In this document: piece after piece, positions 17,233 to 24,932 of the stretch
How positions within the stretch are numbered: the stretch's first letter is position 1
Layout: every line of letters starts with the position of its first letter
Source of the DNA: Candidatus Nanohaloarchaea archaeon
GTDB taxonomy: Archaea > Nanohalarchaeota > Nanosalinia > Nanosalinales > Nanosalinaceae
Length of the DNA: 26,200 bases
Reading direction: 5' to 3'
Assembly: GCA_042217695.1 (NCBI GenBank)
Contig: JBDGSE010000020.1
Location: forward strand, 1 to 26,200
The notes under the pieces: model-generated
Database searches by the model: none
Seen by the model: only the letters and a program-made list of their open reading frames with translations
What the model was told of the DNA's origin: nothing
Program-made: the position numbers and the translations under genes

Positions 17233-18119
17233 TGGAGGAAAGGTTCATATCCTCGGAGCAGATGGTCGAGGAGATCACTGCAGAAGTCCAGAGGATATCC
17301 GATGCATTCCAGTTCATCCTGAAGTACAGGGAACAGTTCCAGCCCTCCGGCATAGAGTTCTCAGACCTCCGGCAGTACAACCCCGGGGACGACGCTTCCC
17401 GTATAGACTGGCGTTCTTCAGCCCGATTGAACGACCTCTACGTGAAGGAGTACGAGGAGGAGCAGAACATGGACGTCTTCATAATAATGGACGTCTCGGA
17501 CACCACCGACTTCGGTACTGCGGACAAGCTGAAGAGCGAGTACTTCGCGACAGTGGCGGCAACCATCGCCTACGCCTCCGTGGACATGAACGTTAACGTC
17601 GGTATAGGGATGTTTGGCGACGACATCACCTTTCTCAGCCCGGACGGTGGACAGACACAGTACCAGAAAATCCTGAGAGAGGTGACGAACCCCGACAACT
17701 TCGGCGGCACCTTCAACTTCGAGGAAAGCCTGAACGAGTTGCTCAAAAGGGTCAAGGACAACACGTTCGTGTTCATACTGTCCGATTTCATAGATTTCGA
17801 CCACGGCGACTGGGAACCGAAGCTGAAGGTCGTGAACAGCAAGTACAGGAAGGTCTTCACCCTCATGATACGGGACCGGCGAGACTACGAACTACCAAAA
17901 ACGGGTAACATGCGGTTCAAGAGTCCATCCGGAGACCAGAGGATGGTGGTAGACACCAACAGGTTCAGGGACAGATTCAACGAGGAGGCCCGGAGAAAAG
18001 AGGATGAGGTCGAGGAGAAACTCAGGGCGGGAGGCTCCGAGTTCGTAAAGATAGACACCCGGGACTCTTTCGCCGCGGAAATCCTGAGCTATTTCGACCA
18101 GGCGGAGGGAAGCTGGTAG
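17229..18119 (+). CDS. DUF58 (COG1721) vWA-like MoxR partner
   Basis: SGIEFSDLRQYNPGDDASRIDWRSSAR, LYVKEYEEE, IMDVSDT and ILSDF. ATGA overlap with moxR. Confidence 0.92.
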   Translation: MMEERFISSEQMVEEITAEVQRISDAFQFILKYREQFQPSGIEFSDLRQYNPGDDASRIDWRSSARLNDLYVKEYEEEQNMDVFIIMDVSDTTDFGTADKLKSEYFATVAATIAYASVDMNVNVGIGMFGDDITFLSPDGGQTQYQKILREVTNPDNFGGTFNFEESLNELLKRVKDNTFVFILSDFIDFDHGDWEPKLKVVNSKYRKVFTLMIRDRRDYELPKTGNMRFKSPSGDQRMVVDTNRFRDRFNEEARRKEDEVEEKLRAGGSEFVKIDTRDSFAAEILSYFDQAEGSW

Positions 18120-19069
18120 TGAAACTGATATTCACCTCTCAGTACGCCAACGTGATATTCCTTATAAACGGCCTCATAGTGCTCTTCTACCTGGGTTCCA
18201 TCCGGAAGGACAGGCAGCGCGCCATGAAGTTCGGGAACTACGAGACACTGGAGAAAGTCGCGGGCAGGGCTTTTCTACGCAGTCACAACATATTCCTCCT
18301 GATACGGGTGCTCGCGGTAACGGCCCTGCTCATCGGTATCTCGAACCCTGTACTGGTGCAGCAGGCCCCCTCATCGAGTTCGGCATACGTCCTTGCCATC
18401 GACTCATCATCGTCGATGCTGGCCCAGGACATAAAACCCACCAGGTTCAAGGCCGCCAAACAGCTTTCCTCCGATTTTATAGCCGAGCTACCGAAGAACT
18501 CCCGTGTAGGAGTCGTATCGTTCGCGGGAACCGCGACAGTAGAGCAACAGTTAACAATGCAGCAGGAAAAAGCTGCTGCCGCGGTTTCAAACATCGACGT
18601 GGGTGACAGGGCGGGCACGGCGATAGGGGATGCGTTATCTGCCTCGGTCTCCCTGCTGCTCGGCACCAACCAGTCGCGCTCCGTCATACTGATGACAGAC
18701 GGCAGGAACAACGTGGGCAGCCCGGTGAATGCCTCAATAGTGTACGCCCAGAACAACAACGTCACCATCCACACGATCGGACTGGGAAGCACCAACAGAA
18801 GCATCGAGGGAAGCCGAGTGATATCCGGCGAAAACGTTTCGGAGGCCGAGTTCCCCAACCTGGATGTCTCCCAGCTGGAGAGGATAGCCAACAGGACTGG
18901 TGGAGATTTCATACCGGTGACCAACCGCACACAGTTCAAGAGCGCGTTGCTGGGCCTCTCCACCTCGAAGGTAAAGAAGGACGTGTCCCACTACCTGATA
19001 CTTATAGGGGCCGGTCTCCTGCTCCTGGAATGGTTGCTGGCCACCACCCGGTTCAGTGTCATACCGTAA
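18119..19069 (+). CDS. BatA/BatB-like membrane vWA-domain protein
   Basis: N-terminal TM pair, MIDAS DSSSS, GTAIGDAL, LMTDG, IHTIGLG and a C-terminal TM. The GTG start overlaps the upstream TAG by 1 bp. Confidence 0.9.
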   Translation: MKLIFTSQYANVIFLINGLIVLFYLGSIRKDRQRAMKFGNYETLEKVAGRAFLRSHNIFLLIRVLAVTALLIGISNPVLVQQAPSSSSAYVLAIDSSSSMLAQDIKPTRFKAAKQLSSDFIAELPKNSRVGVVSFAGTATVEQQLTMQQEKAAAAVSNIDVGDRAGTAIGDALSASVSLLLGTNQSRSVILMTDGRNNVGSPVNASIVYAQNNNVTIHTIGLGSTNRSIEGSRVISGENVSEAEFPNLDVSQLERIANRTGGDFIPVTNRTQFKSALLGLSTSKVKKDVSHYLILIGAGLLLLEWLLATTRFSVIP

Positions 19070-19102
19070 AACCTTATTTAATCAGCCACAACTATTCTCC
19101 AG

Positions 19103-20974
19103 ATGGCTGTCGAATGCGATATCTGCGGCAGGGAGTTCGACTCCGAGAGAGGTCTCCATGTCCACAAGTCGCAGGTGCACCAGAACGAGTGTGAGATCTG
19201 CGGTAAGAGCTTTGAAACGGAGAGAGGCCTGAAGATACACAGGTCAAGGTCCCACAGCGACAGCTCCAGCGACGAGGAAACCGGAGAGGCCGCGGAGAAC
19301 GAGGATGGAGAAGAAGGAAAAGTCCGGGAAGACGCCGGCGGAGACGAAGAGGACAGAGAAGACGGGCTCCCGGAAGAGGAACTGGACGATGTTAAAGATG
19401 TAGAAGGCCTGGACGAGGAACAGCTGGTCCGGATAATAGGCGGCGATATCGGGGAGCTGGAGGACTTCCTGGAAGAGGAAAGAAGTGTCGAGACCCTGAA
19501 AAGGCTTCTGGAAGACGAGAAAATCGCCCAGGACCGCGAAGAGGCTCGAAAACTCTTAAAGAAGAACATAAACCAGAAAGAGCTGGGAAAGGACTTCGAG
19601 GAGGCGATGGGCGATCTAGGAGATGTCAAAGACATACTTGGAGAGATAAAAGACGAGGAAATCGGTGACAGAGATTTCAACGGCGAGGAGCCGGACGAGA
19701 TAGACCCCATGACCGCGGTCGACCTGATAGAGGGCGACTTCGAGAGCATGAAGGAGTTCACGGAGGAACACAACCCCACAGTGGAACAGCTCGATGAACT
19801 GACAGAGGCCGAGAGAAACGCCCAGAACCGCGAAAAAGTGATAAAATACCTGAAGACTACAAGACACCAGAAGAAACTTTACAGAGACATCCAGGACGCC
19901 CTGGAACACGTCGAAAAAATTCAGAAGGACCTCGAAGAGATAGAAGAGGAGTCAGACTACGTGCCGCCCGAACTACTGGAGGAATACGAGCCGCATGAAA
20001 CCGTGGAAGAACAGGAAGACGAGAAAAATGAGAAGATGGACGAACTGGTCTCCTACGGCTACGATGAAGACGAACTGGAGGACAGGGACAGCGACGAACT
20101 TGAAGAACTGCTTGACGAGATAGAGGAGAAGAAATCCCTTATAGAGGAGCTGGACGTCGACTACCCGGACGAGAAACTGTCAGAGGTCGACATGGACGAC
20201 CTGAAAGAGCTGAAGGAAGAGAAAGAGGAACGCCAGCAGCTGGTGGAGGACCTGAAAGATATGGGGATGGACGAGGAAGAGCTGAACAACTCCAGCACAG
20301 AGGACCTGAAAAAACTGAAGGAGGAGATGGAGTCCTCCGGTGAAGAGGACGGGGAAGAAAACGATGCCGTGGAGGAACAGGAAGACGGGGAAGAAGATGG
20401 CACGGATGAAGACGAACAGGATACCGAGGACGGAGACAGTGAGAACGGTGAAGAAGACGCCGAAGACGATGACGGAGACCCAGAAGAGAAGGACAAAGAA
20501 GAGATAGAGGAAGAGGCCGAGGAAGACCTGAAGATGCTGATGGGGGCGGTACACTCCCGGGAGGAAGAGGAGGATGAGACCCCCTCCACGCTGGAGCAGC
20601 TGGGAGAGTACCGGGAACAGCTCACCAGCATGTTTGAAAGAAAGGAGGAAGAGGAGAGGACTGCAGGTATAGACCCTGCGAAGGTGAAGGACCTCCTCGA
20701 GGATTACCGGGAACTTGGCGATACCGAGAAGGCCATCAAGACCGCGCATGTCATGAAGGGCTACCTTGAACACAAGAGGAACATCGAACGCGAACTGACC
20801 TACCAGGAGCTCGTGGAGGAACTGAGGGAGATCGAAAACCCGCCGAACAGCCTTCAGACGATGCAGGACTTCTTCGAGAAGATGAGCAGGGATGAATACG
20901 TCGAGAATATCTCGATCGGCAACATGGATATGATACTGGACGCGGCCCAGGCCACCGTAGAAGAGATGGGATAG
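19103..20974 (+). CDS. Hyper-acidic protein with two N-terminal C2H2 zinc fingers, internal helical repeats and a folded C-terminal helical domain
   Basis: CDIC-x12-HKSQVH and CEIC-x12-HRSRSH, a D/E-dominated body, and TTATTTAA 21 nt upstream of the ATG. Confidence 0.8.
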   Translation: MAVECDICGREFDSERGLHVHKSQVHQNECEICGKSFETERGLKIHRSRSHSDSSSDEETGEAAENEDGEEGKVREDAGGDEEDREDGLPEEELDDVKDVEGLDEEQLVRIIGGDIGELEDFLEEERSVETLKRLLEDEKIAQDREEARKLLKKNINQKELGKDFEEAMGDLGDVKDILGEIKDEEIGDRDFNGEEPDEIDPMTAVDLIEGDFESMKEFTEEHNPTVEQLDELTEAERNAQNREKVIKYLKTTRHQKKLYRDIQDALEHVEKIQKDLEEIEEESDYVPPELLEEYEPHETVEEQEDEKNEKMDELVSYGYDEDELEDRDSDELEELLDEIEEKKSLIEELDVDYPDEKLSEVDMDDLKELKEEKEERQQLVEDLKDMGMDEEELNNSSTEDLKKLKEEMESSGEEDGEENDAVEEQEDGEEDGTDEDEQDTEDGDSENGEEDAEDDDGDPEEKDKEEIEEEAEEDLKMLMGAVHSREEEEDETPSTLEQLGEYREQLTSMFERKEEEERTAGIDPAKVKDLLEDYRELGDTEKAIKTAHVMKGYLEHKRNIERELTYQELVEELREIENPPNSLQTMQDFFEKMSRDEYVENISIGNMDMILDAAQATVEEMG

Positions 20975-20975
20975 G

Positions 20976-21509
20976 ATGACTGATGAAAGGCACGAGGCTT
21001 TCGAGTTCGTGGTATTCTCTATCGTGTTCGCCGCCTCATACTTTGTTATAGGTCCTCTTCTACACGAGGCAACACACATGGCCTTCCTGGAGCACCTCGG
21101 ATGTTTCTACAGCATGGAGTGGGCGTTCCACGGTTTGAGAGGTATCAGCGCCGCAGTACAGCCCTACTGTTACCTGGGCCAGGCAAAACTGCTGGTATTC
21201 TATCTGTCCGGCTATTTTTCGGTGCTGCTGACAGGGGGCATGCTGGCGTTCTGGAGCCTGGAGTTCCAGGATCTCGACAGCGTGAAGGGAGTATTCACAG
21301 GTTCCCTGGGCGCAGGCATGCTGCTCGCCCTCGGGGTCACCATCGCCGCCGAGGGAGACATCGCCAACTCGCTCCAGATACTCGGGGTCTCCACGCGTTA
21401 CGCCGGCATTGTAAGGCTGTTCGTGTTACTCGGTGCGTCATCCACCAGCCTGAAGCTCCTGCAGCACATATTTGACAGGTCAGAATGGGAGAACAGCCGC
21501 GAGGGGTAG
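20976..21509 (+). CDS. Small polytopic membrane protein, putative M50-like (site-2 type) zinc metalloprotease
   Basis: LLHEATH (HExxH) at the end of TM1, a 'YLSG' helix and a distal 'EGD' as a possible third ligand. About four TM segments. Confidence 0.65.
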   Translation: MTDERHEAFEFVVFSIVFAASYFVIGPLLHEATHMAFLEHLGCFYSMEWAFHGLRGISAAVQPYCYLGQAKLLVFYLSGYFSVLLTGGMLAFWSLEFQDLDSVKGVFTGSLGAGMLLALGVTIAAEGDIANSLQILGVSTRYAGIVRLFVLLGASSTSLKLLQHIFDRSEWENSREG

Positions 21510-24047
21510 CGAGTAGTAGTTGACGACCACGTAGAGGAGGATGAGTGCCTCACCCAGGATTATCAGGAGGAACGGTATCCGTACCAGGTTGGATTCAAGG
21601 TCCATCCTCCGGGTGAAGAAGGCGTAGGCCGCCAGCAGCAGAGTCCACAGGACGGCGATAAGGGGGACCCGACGTTCCTGCGGGATAAGTCCCTGCTCCG
21701 GTATGATGGTCACCTGTAGCGTGGAGAAGGCGTAAGCCCCTCCCTGGGATGAGACCACCAGCGTGGCGTTGCACCTGGCTGTCCGTCCACCGGCGGCGAT
21801 GCTTACCTGGAGCGACTGTGATTCGTTCACGTCCAGTACCTCGACCGAGCCGGAGGAGGCCGTGCCGCAGTCGTCGATGTTCTGGAGCCTGGCCTCTATG
21901 CCAGTAAGATTAGTCCTCCCTGTGTTCTCCACCAGTACGGGAAAGCTCTGGTTGGTGTTGACCGGTATGTTGATCGCCCGTGGAGCCTCTTCTATACTTA
22001 TCCTGGGTATGAACTGGGCCCGGAGAACTCTTAGCTGGAAGTAGTCAAGGTCCAGCTGCCTGTCCTCGACCTCGGCGGATACCGGGACCACGTACATACC
22101 CGGGGCGGCGTTCCGGGGCGGCTGGACGAATACATCTCTCTGCACCGTTTCGTTCACGGAGAGATTTGTTATCCGGGCGTTTCTCACGCTCCATTCCTGC
22201 CTGAACCTGTTTATCTGTGGTATGAGTGAAACGTTCTCCACCGCGGTGTTCCCCATGTTCGTGACGTTGAACGTCGCGGCCACGTAAACCCCCTGTCTGG
22301 TCCGGTAAACCCTTTGCAGGGGTGTTATCTCCACACTTATCTCGGGCGTGGGTTCTGGGGTCGGCACTGGCGTCGGGGTCGGCTGGGGTTCAGGAACCTC
22401 TGTCTGTCCGGGTTCCGGACTGTCTCCCGGTATGGAGACGTTGGATGTCTGGTTGCCGCTCTGGTTTGCCCCGCCCTTCTGCTCTCCTATACCCGTCACT
22501 ATCTCGAAGTTGCCGAAGAAACTGAAGCTCTCGTAGAATTTCAGGGTGGTGTTACAGAGCGCAGAGGTGTTGTCCAGACTGCTGCATTCCAGTGACGTGT
22601 TCAGGTAGTCGTTGCTGTACTTCATCAGCGAGAAAGTGCCGTTCTGGCCGTCATAACCCAGTCCCCGGACCTGTATATTGTACTCCGATATCAGCCCCGT
22701 CTCGTAGGCGCATTCTGATTGCTCGATGGTGGAGTTCGGGGTGGCGCAGGCATAGTCGTAGCCCGAGGTGGAGGACGAGTTGAAGCTGTAGAAACTGTAG
22801 AGCGTGGAATTCAGGGTGGCGTTTCCGGTGTATGCCTGTGTGCCTGCCACCTGTTTGTCCACGGTCTTCTCTGATTCGGCGGTCATGTTCACGGTAACCG
22901 TCTCCGCGGTGACCAGGTTGGTGTCGACGACCGAGAAGTTGTAGCAGGAGAACTGGCTCTGGTTGAGCGGGGAACAGGTGTAGCTCTGGTTCAGTGTCTG
23001 TTTCTGGAAGTTCTGGTTCTGGGCGCCGTCTGCGTAACACCGGGTGGAGATCCTGGAGTGGCCGGTGTAGTTGCCCAGCTGGTATGTGGCGTGGAACAGT
23101 TTGAAGTATGTTATACTGTCGCCGATATCGACGTAGGGGTAGTCCTCTCCCCGGTAAGATCTGACTATGGACCCTATCTCCTCTCCTGTTGAGTACGGGT
23201 TATCTCCCTCGTAGCTGACATTCAGGTAGTCCACGCTTATATTTGACTCTATATTGCCGGTGTTCGACGCGATCTCGACAAAGACACCTGTTTTGTTCTG
23301 GACTATCTCTCCATCACCAGGCAAAAGGAAGTAACTGAGGCTTGTGGAACAGGTCGGCGCTATCTTGACGGACACGTTGGCTTCCTTTGACTCTCCGTAC
23401 ACGTTGAAACCGTTTCTGGCCTGTGCCGTGTTGCCGCTGGAGTCCTCCACGTAGATGGTATAATCTTTTTCCCCCGAGCTCTGGGCCTCTAACTCTCTCC
23501 TCCAGAAGGATATGGCCCCGGAACTGTTGACCAGGTTCATCGCGTATTCCTCGCCCGACTGGAACGTGATGTTGACCACCTGGATGTTCTGGGCGGCGTC
23601 CGCAAGCGTTGCTCTTATCGTTACGTTGGTGCCCTTCATGAGGTAGGACGGGTTCACGGTCTGGTTCACGAAGGCCGGGTCATCCGTTGCCACGAAGAAC
23701 CGTTCAGAAACCGGGACAGATGCAGAACCGTTGGACAGGGCTGCCGTGGAACTCCAGTAGCCACTGTCTGTCGAGGCTATGGAGTAGTTGTACTGGTATA
23801 TCTGGTAGGTCCCGTTGCCGACCTCCGTCATCTCTGCAGAGCTGACCACCGTGTTCCCGGATGAGTCCGTCAGGTTGATGGTCGCGGCCGAGGAGTTGGA
23901 GGCGTTGAGCTGGAAGGTCACCGTCTCAAGGTTCTGGAAGAATTCCTCCGGGGTGCCGTTATAGTAGGTGTCGTAGCTGTTGATTGTCAACCCCGAGGCC
24001 AGCGGAACTGCAAGCAGCAGCACCAGCGGAAGTATCTTTCTGTCGAT
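21480..24047 (-). CDS. Large glycoprotein with Ig-like and CARDB/NEW3-like domains, Pro-rich linker and two C-terminal TMs; probable ATC start
   Basis: ATC at 24047 overlaps the upstream TAA (TAATC) and gives MDRKILPLVLLLAVPLASG. The GTG at 24023 would delete the basic n-region. PEPQPTPTPVPTPEPTPE linker, VTNMGNTAVENV and VENTGRTNLTGI repeats. Confidence 0.8.
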   Translation of the reverse strand: MDRKILPLVLLLAVPLASGLTINSYDTYYNGTPEEFFQNLETVTFQLNASNSSAATINLTDSSGNTVVSSAEMTEVGNGTYQIYQYNYSIASTDSGYWSSTAALSNGSASVPVSERFFVATDDPAFVNQTVNPSYLMKGTNVTIRATLADAAQNIQVVNITFQSGEEYAMNLVNSSGAISFWRRELEAQSSGEKDYTIYVEDSSGNTAQARNGFNVYGESKEANVSVKIAPTCSTSLSYFLLPGDGEIVQNKTGVFVEIASNTGNIESNISVDYLNVSYEGDNPYSTGEEIGSIVRSYRGEDYPYVDIGDSITYFKLFHATYQLGNYTGHSRISTRCYADGAQNQNFQKQTLNQSYTCSPLNQSQFSCYNFSVVDTNLVTAETVTVNMTAESEKTVDKQVAGTQAYTGNATLNSTLYSFYSFNSSSTSGYDYACATPNSTIEQSECAYETGLISEYNIQVRGLGYDGQNGTFSLMKYSNDYLNTSLECSSLDNTSALCNTTLKFYESFSFFGNFEIVTGIGEQKGGANQSGNQTSNVSIPGDSPEPGQTEVPEPQPTPTPVPTPEPTPEISVEITPLQRVYRTRQGVYVAATFNVTNMGNTAVENVSLIPQINRFRQEWSVRNARITNLSVNETVQRDVFVQPPRNAAPGMYVVPVSAEVEDRQLDLDYFQLRVLRAQFIPRISIEEAPRAINIPVNTNQSFPVLVENTGRTNLTGIEARLQNIDDCGTASSGSVEVLDVNESQSLQVSIAAGGRTARCNATLVVSSQGGAYAFSTLQVTIIPEQGLIPQERRVPLIAVLWTLLLAAYAFFTRRMDLESNLVRIPFLLIILGEALILLYVVVNYYSLPLAAVLPF
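22340..22430 (-). repeat. Pro/Thr/Glu low-complexity linker coding repeat
   Basis: Encodes PGDSPEPGQTEVPEPQPTPTPVPTPEPTPE. Confidence 0.7.
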
Positions 24048-24922
24048 TATACCACCTTCAGGAGGTAGAGCATGGATGCAAGAGCGCCCAGCAACAGTGC
24101 AGGTGTCACAGGGTTTACAGAGGAGAAGAACCCTCCAGTCACGTTATTATTCTGTTTCTCGCTGCTGTCCGAGGTCCTTGGCTCCGGTGATACCTGCTGA
24201 CCGGTATCGGATCCCTGCTGTTCTCTCCCCGGGTCCTTCACCCGTATATCGGGTTTGTGGGTGGCGCTGCCTGTAGCCGATCCACCTGAGAACCCGCTGA
24301 AGACTCCGTCAAAACCGTCGTTGAAGTTCTGTACCAGTCCTGCACCGAAGTCTGCAGCTCTCTCCAGCGCCCCCGTCCTGTTCTGAGTCTCCGACTCCGC
24401 TACAGAGGTCCTTGCAGCGGACGTGCGGACGGTGTAACTGTAGCTACGGACCTGGACAACGCTCTGGGTCGGGTTCGTCTGGCTGCCGGAGTATCCGGAG
24501 TCTGGGGTTGCGGTTGACGCCTTGACACGGACCTTGAAGTGGGCCACGTTGTCGGGCCGGGCCCGGTCCAGGAACGCCTTCACCTTTATCTCACTGGTCT
24601 GGACGTATTTCCCGTTCTTCAGAAGGAACCAGGAAGCATCGCTGGAGGGGTCGGAGGTAACCTCTGAGGGCGGCAGCGTGAAACTGTTGAAACCGCTTCC
24701 CGGCGCGTTGAACCTCACGGTCACGTCGCTGTCGACCTGGTAGGCCTCCAGTTCGATGTGGAGCGGGGAGGATCCCAGGTTCAGTACTTCTATGGTGAAG
24801 GTGGCGGTCCTGCCGTTGACCGTCTTCTCTGTACCTGACGAGAAACTTCCGAAGGACGCTCCCGCCGCTGTCGAAACCAGGAAAATCGAGATGAGTACCA
24901 GGGTTCCGGTTCTTTCCATCAT
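24047..24922 (-). CDS. Secreted single-Ig-domain protein with Ser/Thr/Gly-rich stalk and C-terminal TM
   Basis: Signal MMERTGTLVLISIFLVSTAAG, FTIEVLNLGSSPLHIELEA, low-complexity stalk and TM PALLLGALASMLYLL. Confidence 0.75.
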   Translation of the reverse strand: MMERTGTLVLISIFLVSTAAGASFGSFSSGTEKTVNGRTATFTIEVLNLGSSPLHIELEAYQVDSDVTVRFNAPGSGFNSFTLPPSEVTSDPSSDASWFLLKNGKYVQTSEIKVKAFLDRARPDNVAHFKVRVKASTATPDSGYSGSQTNPTQSVVQVRSYSYTVRTSAARTSVAESETQNRTGALERAADFGAGLVQNFNDGFDGVFSGFSGGSATGSATHKPDIRVKDPGREQQGSDTGQQVSPEPRTSDSSEKQNNNVTGGFFSSVNPVTPALLLGALASMLYLLKVV

Positions 24923-24932
24923 CTCTATGTTA

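Noticed and set aside
20036..20580. Purine-rich repetitive DNA as a possible tandem repeat or CRISPR array
   Set aside because: There are no fixed-length identical repeats with spacers. The pattern is explained by poly-Glu/Asp coding.
19078..21079. Long antisense ORFs (233, 156 and 299 aa) rich in Ser/Phe/Leu
   Set aside because: They are mirror images of the GAG/GAA/GAC codons of the acidic protein.
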